Positions 36,181-49,793 are shown, numbered from the stretch's first letter. The stretch: DNA of 64,000 nt from Scyliorhinus canicula (GCF_902713615.1 NC_052158.1:13512546-13576545), one strand, 5' to 3'. Notes: a model not told the origin generated them from the sequence alone. Translations and numbers: made by a program.

Positions 36181-39100
36181 TTTTAAACAGGTTACTCCCC
36201 ATTTCAAATATGCTTTTCCAGGAGGTATGGCATCATAGTTTTGCCTCCATTAGTGAACCTAGACGATCATTACCTATCCCTCAAGGCTATTATGAGCAGT
36301 GGTATTTCCTGACAGAAGTCAATGAACCTATTTTGGATCTATTCTGGCCTTCCCTCCATCCCTGCTCCCTAATTCTAGGGATTTCGTTTTTTATCATTCA
36401 GTTTTGAAAAGTTCTCTGAGACATGATTCCGCAGCTCTGAAGCAAGATTAGTTATTATTGCCATTTATGTTATAGTTATTTAACTGTTTAGCAACAAATC
36501 TCATGCGCAGAAATTGAAAATCAAAAATTGAAATGCGCTTTTATTGAAAAGAGCAGAAATATTACTAATTGTGCAAGTGTGCAACTGATTCATATGATTA
36601 AGTTTGTATTTCAGTCGCATTTCTAAAATTGTGAAAATTATTTGCATAATAATACATTTACTTAAAAGTAGTGCAGATTATTAATTACAAATCTGTAAGA
36701 ATTTACCCGACAGAAAGATCTGTACTTAAATGAAAAACACAATTCTGGTCAAATGTAGCACGTGGTATTTAGCATGTGAAATAATTTTAAAATAGTAAGA
36801 AATATAACATAACCATCTGTCATGTTTTGTCAGTACATGCATATTTATCTTAACCGAATGCACATATATACATATCCTAATGGGGCGTTTCCTGGTTTCA
36901 ATACATTTTGTTTCTTTAATGCCGCCCAAAATATTGTTCGGTGTACAGTGAGATACTTGTGCACACATACATTATTTTCAATTTTAAAAGCAAATTACTG
37001 CGGATGCTGGAATCTGAGACAAAAACAGAAAATACAGGACAATCTCAGCAGATATTCCAGCATCTGTGGAGAGAAAAGGGAGCAAACGTTCCGAGTCTGG
37101 ATGACTCTTTGTCAAAGTTGGCTGTGACAAATAGTCATCCATACTCGAAACGCCAGCACCCTTTTCTCTCTAAAGAGGCGTTCAGACCTGCTGAGATTCT
37201 CCAGTATTTTCTGTTTTTGTTTCTGTTCAATTATGCTTGTTACTCTATTTTATTATTCCAATTGCTGGTTAGACGCAACGTATTCACATGTACATGTTTC
37301 CCCAGTTTTGTTTGGTATTATCAGTGTTTTCTTTGTAAAGGTTTGGGGTATGGAACATTTTATCATGTCAACTGCGGGCAGGATTGTAACCCATTGGATT
37401 CGGATCTGGGAGCTGTCTGTACATATCCCCTATGTCACCTAAAAACAGCAATTATAAAGCAAAACAGATAGGTGACAGCCAGGTTTATCACTGGGAAACA
37501 TAAGTGCAGATTGAAACTATTGCAAAGTACTGAACTATACAGTAGTTTAACAAATTCAGGGAAGGTGTTTAGATGACGCCAAAGTTTTAAATGAATTTGG
37601 AAAGTGGGAATTTGGATCAACGGAGAGAATACAAGCACCACTCCGTTCTAAGCTTGTGATAAAAAAAAATATTTTTAAAGCGTTAGGTCATATACCTGCA
37701 ATTGAAACTAAAAGCGCAGGGAAGAAAAATAAAACTTCGAGTTGTGTCGTAAGAATAGCCAAGTAAACTTACAGAAGAAATTGACAAGGTGATATCGATA
37801 AAACACAAGCACGAATAATTGAATTAAAAGACGGGTAAGCTTACTCTCGGAAGGTCTTGTGTCGCAACGGATAACGTTCCTGAGATCTAATCCCTGGAAT
37901 CGAGACTCACTCCAGGATATGAAAGGCACAAAAGGTGCATTAGTAACGCAGCCAAACTGTGAATCCCTTTGATGCACCTGTGAGAGTCTCCTGGCCAGCC
38001 ATGCCTGATGTGGCTTTTCAAGATGAAGTGTTTATCGGTTTGTTCCAACGGAGACTAGCTATGGAAACAGACCCAGGCATTTGTGATTTATCGTGCCATT
38101 CAGAACCAGACGTTTTCTACATGCTCTGCGGATATTTCGCTACTCGAAAGCATTTCAGGGGACTGCAGCTTTTCATTGCAATGAACCGTATTAATAATAA
38201 TTCTCAATAATATATATATATATAGAGAGAGAGAGACTGCACAACGGCAACAGCAACCTCAAAGAAAGACTCTAGTTGAAAAAGAAGCAAAGTCATATAT
38301 TTGGAATTTCATAAAACGTGTATTCTACATCAACGATCAAAAAATAGTACCACGTAAAATTGAAAAGGTAAAAGTAGTTTTTTTTATCTTACAGTTGTTT
38401 TGATAAGGCAGTCGTGAAACAGAAACGCCATAATAATCAAAGAATGCTGTCTACTGCATGTTCCTCCTTGGCGGTAGCGGGCGTTTATTCTTCACTTTGG
38501 CTTCATTACCATGACAGTGAAGGTAACTATCGTCCTGCTTTTGGAGAAAGGACACGAACATTATGTTGGTCAGCCACACGGTAGAAAGAAGGCTTTATTT
38601 TATTTTATAGAGCAAGGGGTTGTGTTATATAACCTTGACAATTTACTTTCCTTCAGAACCAGTTTTAACTTGCATCCAGCTGAAATTATGGTGTCCAAAA
38701 TTGAGCCTATGTGAGACGATTGCAGAATTTAACACTTAATGCTTTGATAGTATAGAACATGTGTCGCTGGAAAAAGCGATATATTATAGAAGCTTTTTGT
38801 CCATCACTCATCAGGATAGCTACGTAAGATAAACCAACAGTAAAAAGAACAACTATTTATACTGCATCAAGAAATGATGCGGGTTGGTTAGCAATCAGGT
38901 GCCAACCAGAAAGCATTCTCTTCTCATGCAATATAAATAGCTGTTCCCTGTACTGCTGGCTTATCATAGGTAGCTCTCCTTACGAATTCAAGACGAAAAG
39001 CTACGGTAGCATGTTTCTTCTTTTCTTTAGCAATTTCAAATTTCTTCGATGATGTAGTAAATATTATGGCCGTACCTAGTGTCATTGCTGTTCCAACAAC

Positions 39101-39429
39101 AAGCATGCACACATCAGGTATAGGACATGGTATGGAGTTAAAGAGAAAAGTGATAATGACGGTACTTGTCTGATTAAATTAAAGAAATAGCCTTCAAAGG
39201 AAAGGGGCAGCAATCAGAATAAAATCATTTTAACATAATTCTACATTATATTATAGAGCTATGGTTACACTGCATTTACAGGTCTCAGCCACATCAGTAT
39301 ACAGATTATCGTTATGTAGAAAGCTCCCGAAGAACAATCGCTGTTTTATAAACAATTTCGATAGAGCCCCATTAGCTTGGGAGAAAGTACCAAACAGATT
39401 AACTTCGTGAGTATTGCAAAGCAAACTGT

Positions 39430-39985
39430 ATTCTACCGGGATCAAGGGAACTGATTTGGTCCCCTTTTCTAAGGAAAATATACCGGCATTGAAGGCAGTT
39501 CTGAGAAGGTCAACTAGGTTCATCCCAAGTATGGCGGAATTTTCCTATGAGGCTAGATTGAGTAGGTTGGGCCTGTACTCACTCGTGTTTGGAAGAATGA
39601 GAGGTGAACTTATTGAAACATGTATAATTCTCAAGGGGCTTGCCGGGGTATATACGGAGAGTATGTTTCCCGTTGTGGGAGCGTAGGACCAGAGGGCATG
39701 ATCTCAGAGTAAGGAATCGCCTATTTAAGACAGAAATTAGGAGGAATTTATTTTCTCAGATGGTGGTGACTGTCAATTCTTTACTGCAGACAACTGTGGA
39801 GACTAGGTTGTTAAGTCTGCTCAAAGCTGAGAATCACAGACTTTTAGTCAGAAAGGGTGTTAACGGTTATGAGGGCAATACGGGAAACTGGAATTGAGAA
39901 TTATCATATCAAATCAGTCAAGATCTCATTGAATTAAAGAGCGAACTCGATGGGCTGAATTTCCTACTTTTGCTCCTATGTCTTA
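39430..39985 (+). mobile_element. CR1 LINE 3' remnant
   Basis: ALKAVLRRSTRFIPSM..SYEARLSRLGLYSL..RMRGELIET motif. Confidence 0.8.
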
Positions 39986-41929
39986 TAATCTTATGGTCTT
40001 GTGTGATTTACCCTTTACCGGGGCAAAATATATCTTTGGGGAAGGAGTTTTTCAATTTTAATTTGTCCCTGAATGTGCAAACCAGTCATCTTTGCACAAG
40101 TGTCAGTATGTCCCAATTCAGGAAGCTGTGGGCAAATTAGATTGACCTGGAGACCCAGCAGTGCAACAGGGGTGATGTCCATTTTTGGGACTACATGCAG
40201 TCCAGCCATCAAGAGCCTAGGAAATACGGGTCGCGCTGCCCGGTTGTCAGTCCCCTAGTGAGGGATGTGGTGGATGTGACCAGGGAAGAAGAATTAAAGG
40301 GAAGATGACCTCGAAGCGATGGAAAAAAAGTGATTTCTACCATGGCCTTCCCGGCGTCATCCCATGCCGCTTCCGCATCCAGGCTTTCCAACTGAGGTGG
40401 GACCTCCCATATCATGAGCAGCAGTGGCTGGATGAGCGCATGCGTCACTTAAGTGCCTTAGTAGGCCAAGGGCAGGTCGGCATTGTTCCTCCATACTACG
40501 TGTAATTCCGATGTGATAGGAGCAGTAAGTTAGATGCCGGGCTCGGCTCTGCTAGATTTTGAGTCAATCCTAGCCCCACCATCAATCCCTACGTTTTAAA
40601 TTAAAATACATCTTAAGTCACGAGGGAGGTTGGAGATAAATTGAATCTCAATCATACTTTCATTACTAAGTAATTCCGAAAGATCTCAAAAATATATATA
40701 ATTAAACCAGAGCTTTGCTTCTATCCCCGTGAGACTTAGTGGAGAGCATGGCCAGGTTTACGCAACTGCAGCTATATAATTGCGTGTTGCGGGTGAAAGT
40801 ATTTTCGGCGTTTCGAAAGTGCCCTACCGTTTAGCATTGACCTTTGAGTACTTTGCAGGCTATAGTTGGAATGCTTTTTCTTGGCAGATCGTTGCAGCAG
40901 ACTTGAAATATTTTTAATCAATAGCTCCGGAAGCAGGACAGAAAATAGGGAAGAATTCGGATCATAGACTCAAAGCGGGTGATGTGCAAAACGAGTTACC
41001 GATTCCCTATCACCAATTGAGGTTGCCCACCCTCTGCCAGGTATGACAGTACTGTTCACTGGTGAACGGTCAGAGTTCATGAATATGTAGTAATTCCAAT
41101 TAAAGGCCATGACTACTGCAAATTTGGAAGAAAATTAGTTATGATCTACCCGAAACCGTTTGCTGCTCTAACCCTCCTTCTTTTCTTGCCCTTTGATGAC
41201 ACGTTGCTCAGAAATGTCTGTACGTCAGTTCAGTGGCTTTACTTGATCCGTTTTTGAGAAGTATTTTGATATAATCAATGTAATTGCAATATATATGTGC
41301 CTGTAAAGTTAAATCACACTTCATACGTAACAACCAGTGCAACTACATAGACAGACCCGCATGTACCTGATGTGGGGCAGGATTGCGCCTTTTTTTTCTC
41401 TGTGGTGGTTCTGTTTTGGGAAAGGAGAAATAAAGTTAATGATTGTTCGAGGAAAATAACGTAAAACATATCTGATATTTTGGGTGACGAAATATTTTCA
41501 TTCTCAAAATGCAGTCACGTGTAGATTTATAGACCAAACGTAGGTGGCGTTCAAATTATGTTGGGGGCTGCGAATGGAATCAGCCTGTCTGTTAATGAAC
41601 TTTGCATGCATGCTGGAAGGCATGGCCAATTCACCTGCTAGATGCTTAAAATCAAATTTAAGGAAGAATTTGAAGTCTTGCCACAACCTTTGGACGTCCA
41701 AAAAGGCTTTGCTATCACATAAATACGTATATACTAGTCCAGTTGTGGAATTTAGATTTAATTTAATCTCGTATTTTTGCCATTTTGATCCCTTTTTCGT
41801 TTTATAAATAATCTGCAAGCAGGGACTAGTGTAACATAGCAAAATCTGCGATTGATACCAAAACAGGTGGGAAAGCAGACAGTGAAGAGGAACAAAATAT
41901 AGAACATAGGACAGTACAGCACAGATAGG

Positions 41930-42760
41930 CTAAGAGAATGGACCAACATTTGGCAGATGGAGTTTAATGTGAGTAAGCGTGAGGTTATCCATTTTGGCAG
42001 AAACAATATAAAGGTAAATAATTATCGAAATGTAAAGTAGATTCAATATGCGTCCGGGCAGAAGGACCTGGGTGTCTTTATCATGAATCGCAGAAAGTCG
42101 GTACTCAGGTAAAGTATGTAATTAAAAAGACAAGTTGAACATTAGCGTTTATTGCAAAAGGACTGGAGTATAAAAGTAGAGAAATGTTGCAACTATATAG
42201 GGTGTTGGTGAGACCACGTTTGGAGTATTGTACCCACTTTTGGCCTCCTTATTTGAGGAAGGGTGTGGTGGTATTGGAGGTAGTTCAGAGGAGCTTCATC
42301 AGATTGATTCCAGGGATGAAAGGGTTGACATATGAGGAGAGATTAAACAATTTCGACTTATACTCGCTGGAGTTTAAAAGGATGAGAGGGGATCGGTGTG
42401 AGGTAGATAAAATACTAAAAGAGATTGTGAAAGTAAACGTAAACCAAATGTTCTCCCTGGAAGGGCAATCTAGAACGAGAGGTTTCAGATTAGGTTGCGG
42501 GGCAGTAGATTTAGACTTCTCGCTGAGGATGGTGAATTTTTGGAAGTCTCTGCCCCATCGTGCGAGGGAATCTGAGTCATTAAATGGTTTGAAGAAGGAG
42601 ATAGATATAGTTCTGATTTTTTTAAACAACGTGTTATTGGGCTATGGGGGACAGGTAGAGAGGTGGATTCGAGACCAGAAAGAGCAAACGTGATCTGATT
42701 GAATGATGGAGCAGGTTCGAAGGGCCGAATTGCCTACTTCTGCTCCTAATTCCTGTGTTA
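41930..42760 (+). mobile_element. CR1 LINE 3' remnant
   Basis: ORF 42184-42693 MLQLYRVLVRPRLEYCTHFWPPYLRK...YEERLNNFDLYSLEFKRMRGD. Confidence 0.85.
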
Positions 42761-42927
42761 TCTCATAGTGTATTGGGACTGCAGCTACCTAATAGCGAGG
42801 AAGCTTTATTGTTCAATATGTCAGGGTGCAATTTGGCCAACTTTACTCATCAGCGGCTGATGATACGCAAATTATATGTGTGATTTGTGTCTGTTAACTT
42901 ATTTTGTCCTAACACATTTGAAACCTG

Positions 42928-43316
42928 AGGCTGCATTCACGGCCCCAAAGCCGCTTGTTTCTCGGCGGCGACGGGGTCTATCCTCCCGCCGCTTGTCAAT
43001 GCGAATTTTGCATTGAAACCACCCCATATCACTGGGAAACCTAAGGGCTGGGGTGTGTTGCTAGCGAAAAGAGAATCCTAATGACTCTGATAGCCGTACA
43101 GCCCAAAGTTTGCCACTAATACAATAGGATATTGAGAGAATGAGCGACTGGTATTCACTGCTCCGGTCAAAAGTATACCACGGCCTGCTTTTTTCCAGCT
43201 GACTGGTGTGGCTTTGATGGAAAAGTCCCAAGGCAAGCGGCGGGAAGATATAATCCCGCCGCCAGCGAATGGTGAGCCAAGGAAAAGGGTGATCTGGCGG
43301 ATGGAGAATCCCGTCC
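42928..43316. mobile_element. Non-autonomous Harbinger-type MITE (palindromic)
   Basis: Right end GGAGAATCCCGTCC resembles the Harbinger TIR; internal inverted arms tcctcccgccgcttg / caagcggcgggaaga; left end degraded. Confidence 0.5.
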
Positions 43317-44183
43317 ATTATGTAGTATTTTGTAGGAGTGCCTGGTTCGTCTTCTTCAAACCAGAAGAAGTCTGGGCCTCTTCTTCAAAATTGCGCTCAC
43401 ATACTGTAATGCATCAGCAAAGACAGTGGGAAAATCTTAATGCTGACGCAGAGGTGGCCTTTGTACATGGTGGAAGCTTTGCCCGGTGCAGAAGCCAATT
43501 AAGACACTAAAATTGCCACTTAAGGATAGTCTAACAGCTTCACCGCCGCCAGTATTGAATCAGTTGCGGGCAACTATTCCCACTGGAGGGACTGGATAAT
43601 AGCAAGGGGGAGCAAGCCGCAGGAAGACACGAGCCGGCCCTTCACAAAGATATCACTTGCGACTCTCCATTCCACCTTGACTATCCCCCAGAGTTCCTCT
43701 ACCCACTCAGCTTGCTTTCAGTGAGGGGCCCGCCCATCATCATTATCGGGCCCCCTGTTCTTGGTGCTGGCAAGATGGCTCTCCATGAAGTTACACCCAA
43801 AGAAGTGTGACTAAAAATGAATAAAGATTTTGTGCTTTCATTAACGAATTGTAGAAAAAGCCAAGGTTGAAAGGATTACGTCTGTTACTCAATAGAAAAA
43901 AGGATGCAATACAGTGTATGTTTCCCTATCTCAGCTATTTAAAGACACTGCATGATGTCTGAATGTAGCAAATCACAATTAAAGGATTTCATTGCACTCA
44001 TTCCCGTATAAGCCTCCCCGAAATGGCGCCGGAATGTGGCGACTATGGGCTTTTCACAGTAACTTCATTTGAAGCCTACTTGTGACAATAAGCGATTTTA
44101 ATTTCATTTTCCTTTCATATTTGGTTTGTCACATTGGCATCGTCTTGCTTTTATGTCAAATCAGCATCCGCTGCGATTTCAGT

Positions 44184-44250
44184 GGGGTAACGGATTCTCT
44201 GCCCAATTGCGTTTCTTGATTTTGGCATTAGTCGATGGAGAATCCCGCCA
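44184..44250. mobile_element. Tiny Harbinger-type TIR pair (~65 bp)
   Basis: cggattctc...ggagaatcccgcc inverted ends resembling the TIR core GATTCTCC. Confidence 0.4.
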
Positions 44251-45288
44251 CTTGTGCGAGCTTGTGATGCAGCAGCTGACATTGGTGCATCATACACAAT
44301 GACAACTAAAACTGTGAAATTAAGGGAAAGATAAAGATTAAGGGATATTCGGGTACCGAATATATGCCACGCAGTAAAAATTGAGCTATGCTGCTGATAC
44401 CTGTGCAAAGAAGCGAAAACAATGTAGGCACAGCTACATAGGAAAGGCCTCACTGGGATACAATATAGTCTGTCACAGATACATGTCTTGTTGGGCCTCA
44501 TAGTCATTGGCTGTTACCCATATAAGAGAAGGGGAAGTTTCTCGCCTGATAGATGCTGGTAGGCCTGCTGACTTTTTTTCCAGCTTCCTCTGTTCTTGTT
44601 TCAGATTCCAAAATGCGCTGTATTTTGCTTATTTTAGAGAATAAGCAGAAGCGGTTAGAAATAGAAGCACAATAGCACGGATCGCAGCGACAGAGAGGAA
44701 GATAGCTGGCCAGCAGTAGTTTATACTAGGGATATAAAGTAGCTACAGAGAAGGATCGTGCCTAAATTCCGAGTAAGAATGTCTAATTAACTCTTTCCAG
44801 CAAGCAAGTGGTGCAAAACAGCTCTGCACATCGTCTTTTATTAAGTACGAGAAGAGTAAAATAGATTATATATATTTTCAAAATCTGATCCGACAGCAAG
44901 TATTAGAGATCGAACTTGACGGACAGATATTGTTTTGATTGAATGCGCCTTAAGAACGTTGAGGCTCGTTTAGCACAGTGGGCTAAAGAGCTGGCTTGTA
45001 ATGCAGAGTAATGTCAGCAGTGCGGGTTCAAGTCCCGCACCGGCCACCCCAAACAGGCCATAGAACGTGGTGAACGGCTTTACACAGTAACTTTATTGAA
45101 GCCTACTTGTGACAATAAATGATTGTTCTTTAAATGTGCATCTACTCACTGCCATGTTATGTTCTGCTGCTTTACAGGACGACGGGAGTTTAACTCTTTG
45201 TAACGTCCGTTATTACCATTAACAGAAATGAAAGTGTTTTGATCAGTGCATTTTCGATTAGCATATGCTGACCGTACAAATTGTGTTT

Positions 45289-45348
45289 TCAGTACACTAA
45301 TATAAACACAATGTTTACTTTATGATATACATTTCTTTCTGGTTTTGC
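45289..45348 (-). CDS. Gene B probable terminal coding exon (AKPERNVYHKVNIVFILVY-stop)
   Basis: Acceptor ttaatttcagctttccag, phase 0; Tyr motif NVYHKVNI sits at nearly the same distance from the junction as VVYANLRI in gene A. Gives a 205-aa protein. Confidence 0.5.
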   Translation of the reverse strand, partial: AKPERNVYHKVNIVFILVY

Positions 45349-45533
45349 CTGGAAAGCTGAAATTAACCAGAAGGGTTTTTGATAATTTTAACAAACTACG
45401 AATACTACGACTGTTCACGACATGGCAATGTGGTTCAGCCAGCAGACCAGCCACCATACTGAACAGTGGAAGAGGCTCAAGGAGTCGGCTGGCCTTACTC
45501 TGGCTCACATTTTTTATGTTATTATGAATCAGA

Positions 45534-46016
45534 ATCATAGAATTTACAGTGCAGAAGGAGGCCATTCAGCCCATCGAGTCTGCACCGGATCTTGGAAAGA
45601 GCACCCTACCCAAGGTCAACAACTCCACCCAATCCCCATAACCCCATAACGCAGTAACCCCACCCAACCCAATAGGGCAGCACGGTAGCATTGAGGATAG
45701 CACAATCGCTTCACAGCTCCAGGGTCCCAGGTTCGATTCCAGCTTGGGTCACTGTCTGTGCGGAGTCTGCACATCCTCCCCGTGTGTGCGTGGGTTTCCT
45801 CCGGGTGCTCCGGTTTACTCCCACAGTCCAAAGATGTGTGGGTTAGGTGGATTGGCCTGATAAAATTGCCCTTAGTGTCCAAAATTGCCCTTAGTGTTGG
45901 GTCACTGAGTTATGGGGATACAGTGGAGGTGTTGACCTTGGGTAGGGGGTAGGGTGCTCTTTCCAAGAGCCGGTGCAGACTCGAAAGGCCTCCTTCTGCA
46001 ATGTACATTCTATGAT
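45534..46016. mobile_element. Inverted HE1 SINE pair (reverse 3' fragment 45534-45670, full + copy 45675-46016)
   Basis: atcatagaatttacagtgcagaaggaggcc...gagcaccctaccc versus gggtgctctttccaagagccggtgcagactcg...cattctatgat. Confidence 0.85.
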
Positions 46017-46489
46017 ATCACATAGAATATGTTCTAACCCTTTGCTACTTCTGAAATGTACTCTTTTTTGCCCGTTCAAGATAAAAACAGTTTACTTTAA
46101 CAATACCGCAGAAAATGCGGTTGAGCGGCATGACTCCAAAATGTTACAACAATGTTGAGGGAATTTGTCAGTCAGCCTGAGTGACAAAATGCATTGGATT
46201 TTATGGTTAATTCGATGGGGTGTGTTCACCTCAACTTTCCAAATTTCACTTCTGATCCCTTTGTAGGTCAAGAAATTATTTCTCAGAAACACCCTGAGCT
46301 AATTAAGTAACTTTTATGTTGAAACAATCTATTTTTGCTGAATCTTTTCAGCTACACCCAAGGTTGAAATTCGATAATTTTATTGGTCTGTCATTCAATT
46401 CTGATGTGTTTGGAACATTATTTATTTTCAGATTAAAAGGATGGCGCAAATGTTCCTTGCTGCCCTGAGTAAGGACAAACCGAGACACA

Positions 46490-46670
46490 ATCACGTGCGT
46501 GCGCACGCACACATGAACCCTCACAAAAACAAAAACACACACAAACGCGCACAGGAACAAGTACGCACACAGGAGCGCAGGCAAACAAACTCACAAAAAC
46601 ACACACACACAGAAATAAATATACACTGACAGATAGGCACACACACGCAATCACACATACAAACACCGCA
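46490..46670 (+). repeat. Degenerate (CA)n-rich microsatellite directly after the donor of gene B exon 46741
   Basis: acacacacaaacgcgcacag...acacacacacag; GT-rich on the gene B sense strand. Confidence 0.7.
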
Positions 46671-46740
46671 GATTCTTTATCTTAAATACAAGCCGCTGGC
46701 AATCTCTTGAGTAAACCAAATAAAGATGGAGATCCCTTAC

Positions 46741-46775
46741 CTGTTTCTTTTGTGCAATCGAAAGAGGAACATTCT
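46741..46775 (-). CDS. Gene B short cytoplasmic exon (ENVPLSIAQKKQ)
   Basis: Acceptor ccttcttattctgcag, donor CAG/GTAAGG, 35 bp phase 1 to 0, positional equivalent of gene A exon 7101-7132. Confidence 0.75.
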
Positions 46776-48094
46776 CTGCAGAATAAGAAGGTATTTAGCA
46801 AATGTGTACCTGGCTCTAATTTTTCATCTTGTGTAAAGGGTTAGAATGAATCATGACATTATTACAAATCGACAAGGAACTGTTGATCGGCTTACCTGAC
46901 CAGTAAAGCGTAAGCTGTAAATAAGAAAATGATTAAATGTAATTGTGGTTAATATTGTTATTTATAGTGATGATTAATATGGCAAAACAATGATTGACTA
47001 CAATACAAACTCAAAATTATGGAAATCCTCCAAATGCACATGTGCCGCTGCTGAGTCGGACTTACTTTAAATGTGCTTGTTCTTATAAATGGTGAATTAA
47101 CAATTGGATCTTAGTCATAATATCGGTGTTCCCAATGTATTTTCGTTTATTTTTTTAATCTTACTTTTTGTCTTTTCATTTTCCGCTTGCACATGCTGCT
47201 TGGAACACGTTACAGTATTAAACAAGATTAACTTATTAATACAGCTTATATTTCTCTGAAAAGTAAAAAAGTACCTTTGCATATTAATACTACTACAGTA
47301 GTTACTGGACTAGCAATCTAGAGACCCAGGCTAATTCTATGCGGGAATTCAAATCCCACCATGGCAGCTCAGTTGCTGCTACAATTTAAACTGAGCTAAT
47401 AATAAGTCTGGAGTGAAAGCTAGTTTCAGTAATGGTGATCATGAAACCTAATGTCGATTGGTGTAAGACCCCATCTGGTTCACTGATGCACTTTACGGAA
47501 GAAACTCCATCGCCCTTGCCCTGCTTGGGTTACACCTGAGTCCAGACCCGCAATAATATGGCTGACTCTTAACTGCCCACAGAAATGGTCAAGCAGTTGC
47601 CAGGTGATGATGTACGGGCAACAAATGCTGGTCATGCGATCTCATAAAATAATACATGTTTTACAAATGACTCATTCGAAAATTGCGTGCTGTTGCAACG
47701 CAGAAACAAACATTTCAACCCTACAACTTCACGCTTGTTAGTTATGCCCCACAAAGACCTCTTCAAACCCTTCTTCATCTAACCCCATCAACGCTTTTTG
47801 ATATTTCTTTGCATCTCATGTGTTTCTCTAGTTTCACCTTAAACGTTTCTATGCTAGTCGAATCAATTACATTTTGTGGCAATAAGTTTCAGATCCTAAC
47901 CGCACCCTGAGTAAAGCGGTTTCACATGATTTCACGATTTAATTTATTAGTGACCATTTTATATTAATTGCCCGCAATTCTGATTCGTACCATCAATAGC
48001 CTATGCTACATCTTTATATTTTCACTTATCAATAGCTTTGACAATATTTTTTCTTTATTCTTTCATGAGATTTGACCGTCAGAATTTACAGACT

Positions 48095-48395
48095 TAATAG
48101 TGGAGAAGGAGGCCATTCGGCATGGGCCCTTAGAAACAACACCCTAAAGCCCACACCTCTATTCCCGCAACCCAGTAACACCACCGAACCTTTTTGGACA
48201 GTGCGGCCAATTTAGCATGGCCAATGCATATAGCCTACACATCTTTGGACTGTGGGAGGAAACTGGAACACCCAGAGGAAACCCATACAGACACGGCGAG
48301 AATGTGTAGACTCCGCACAGACAGTGACTCAAGCCGGGAAACGAACCTGGAACCCTGGAGCTGTGAAGCAACAGTTTTAACCACTGTGCTGCCCC
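48095..48395 (-). mobile_element. HE1-type SINE
   Basis: Reverse-strand SINE consensus. Confidence 0.78.
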
Positions 48396-49330
48396 ATTTA
48401 CGTCGCTGGCACTTACAATCATCCCAATTGGTCTTGAACTGAGAGGCGTGTTAGGTCACTTCAGATGGGAGTTAGGAATCAGCAATTATGGTTCTGAGGT
48501 TGTGTTTAGCGTAGACCGTGAGGAAGGCAGATTTCCTTCCCGGAAAGACGTAAGTGAACCAAATGGGTTTTATGAGAATTGGTGATACTTTCGTAGTTAT
48601 CATCACTTGGAGTACATTTTTATTTCGGAATTATTCATTACATTTTAATTCCACCAGATGCCTTGATAGGAGATCGTCCCGAGTATTAATTTTGGTCTTT
48701 GAATTACTAGATTGCTGTCATCATCATGATGCGACCGTCTGCCATGACTTTATAAATCAGCTCCTGCCTCTTCAATTATTCCGACGCGGAATAAGTACTG
48801 AAGAGGAGTGTTTAGCTTAGATAGCCAAATAGTGTACTTCCGACCAGCAACAACAGCGTGGAATCGATTCCACGCACAGCTGAGGAGGACTTATGACCTG
48901 CCTCTTCATCCTACCTCTGAGAGTGGAAGACAATGACAAAAGCTCACTGGAAAAACAAACTGTACAGGAGATGCCTGAGGATGGAGAATCAACAGACAAT
49001 GAGCCAGGGAGCTGTCTTTTGACACATCACTCAAGTAATGGAATGACATAACTTCATCTGAGTAAATATTATTCATTGCGCCTTCTACAAAGGCTATGTG
49101 CCTTTGTTTTTTAAAAATATGGAGACCAGAATTGTTCGCACACTCCAACTATGAAAACCATGTGTGTCATACATGCTATATTCACTAGAAAATGCAAAAT
49201 CTATTGAGCATTCACTTCCAATTTGCGAAAATGTGCATTGCACTGTAATTATATTTTTGCACTGTGAAGCATGAGACAGGGTAAAATTAATATTTCATGG
49301 CATGGATATAATTTTCAATATTTTAAATAC

Positions 49331-49465
49331 CTTTGTTACGTCGAGTAAGAACTATTATCACCACCAGCAGTGCCAGAGTAACAAGCAACGCGACACCCCC
49401 TGCCACTGCAATCCACATCCAGTCGAACGTAAAGTTATTTAAAGGACGTGATTTGTCGCAAACAT
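49331..49465 (-). CDS. Gene B stalk/transmembrane exon (HVCDKSRPLNNFTFDWMWIAVAGGVALLVTLALLVVIIVLTRRNK)
   Basis: Acceptor ttctttccttctgcag, donor GTATTT, 135 bp phase 1-1, uncharged TM followed by RRNK. Confidence 0.88.
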
Positions 49466-49793
49466 CTGCAGAAGGAAAGAAAACGTAAGAGATTTCTTCA
49501 TAAATTCTCATCGAAGGAACAACAGCAAAGAAAGCAGCGCTATAAGGGGACAGGTTTAGAAATAAATAGGGAGACAAGCACGTGGGGAGAAAGGCAAAAA
49601 CATACAGGTAAGATGGGCAAGGGGAGAGAGTGAAATTGAAATACGCATGCGCAGAAAGTTTGGAAAGGTTCAAAAAACACAGACAGATAAAGGGTTACAC
49701 GAAAGCAGAGTAACTAAAGCATGGAGGAAAGAATGAGGGGACGTTTTAAATCAGGGGACAATACTGCAATGCCGTATGGTTAGGTTAACATAC

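Noticed and set aside
37472-37576. Frame containing STELYSSL
   Set aside because: Purine-rich, poor acceptor and no linkage to an upstream exon.
41208-41300. Phase-0 minus-strand exon AHIYCNYIDYIKILL...ELTYRHF as gene B last exon
   Set aside because: Has an ITIM-like IDYIKI but lies in AT-rich sequence; the closer 45348 acceptor aligns better with gene A. Not excluded.
46441-46468. Plus-strand leader-like MAQMFLAAL with GTAAGG donor
   Set aside because: Too short, and no + strand V exon downstream.
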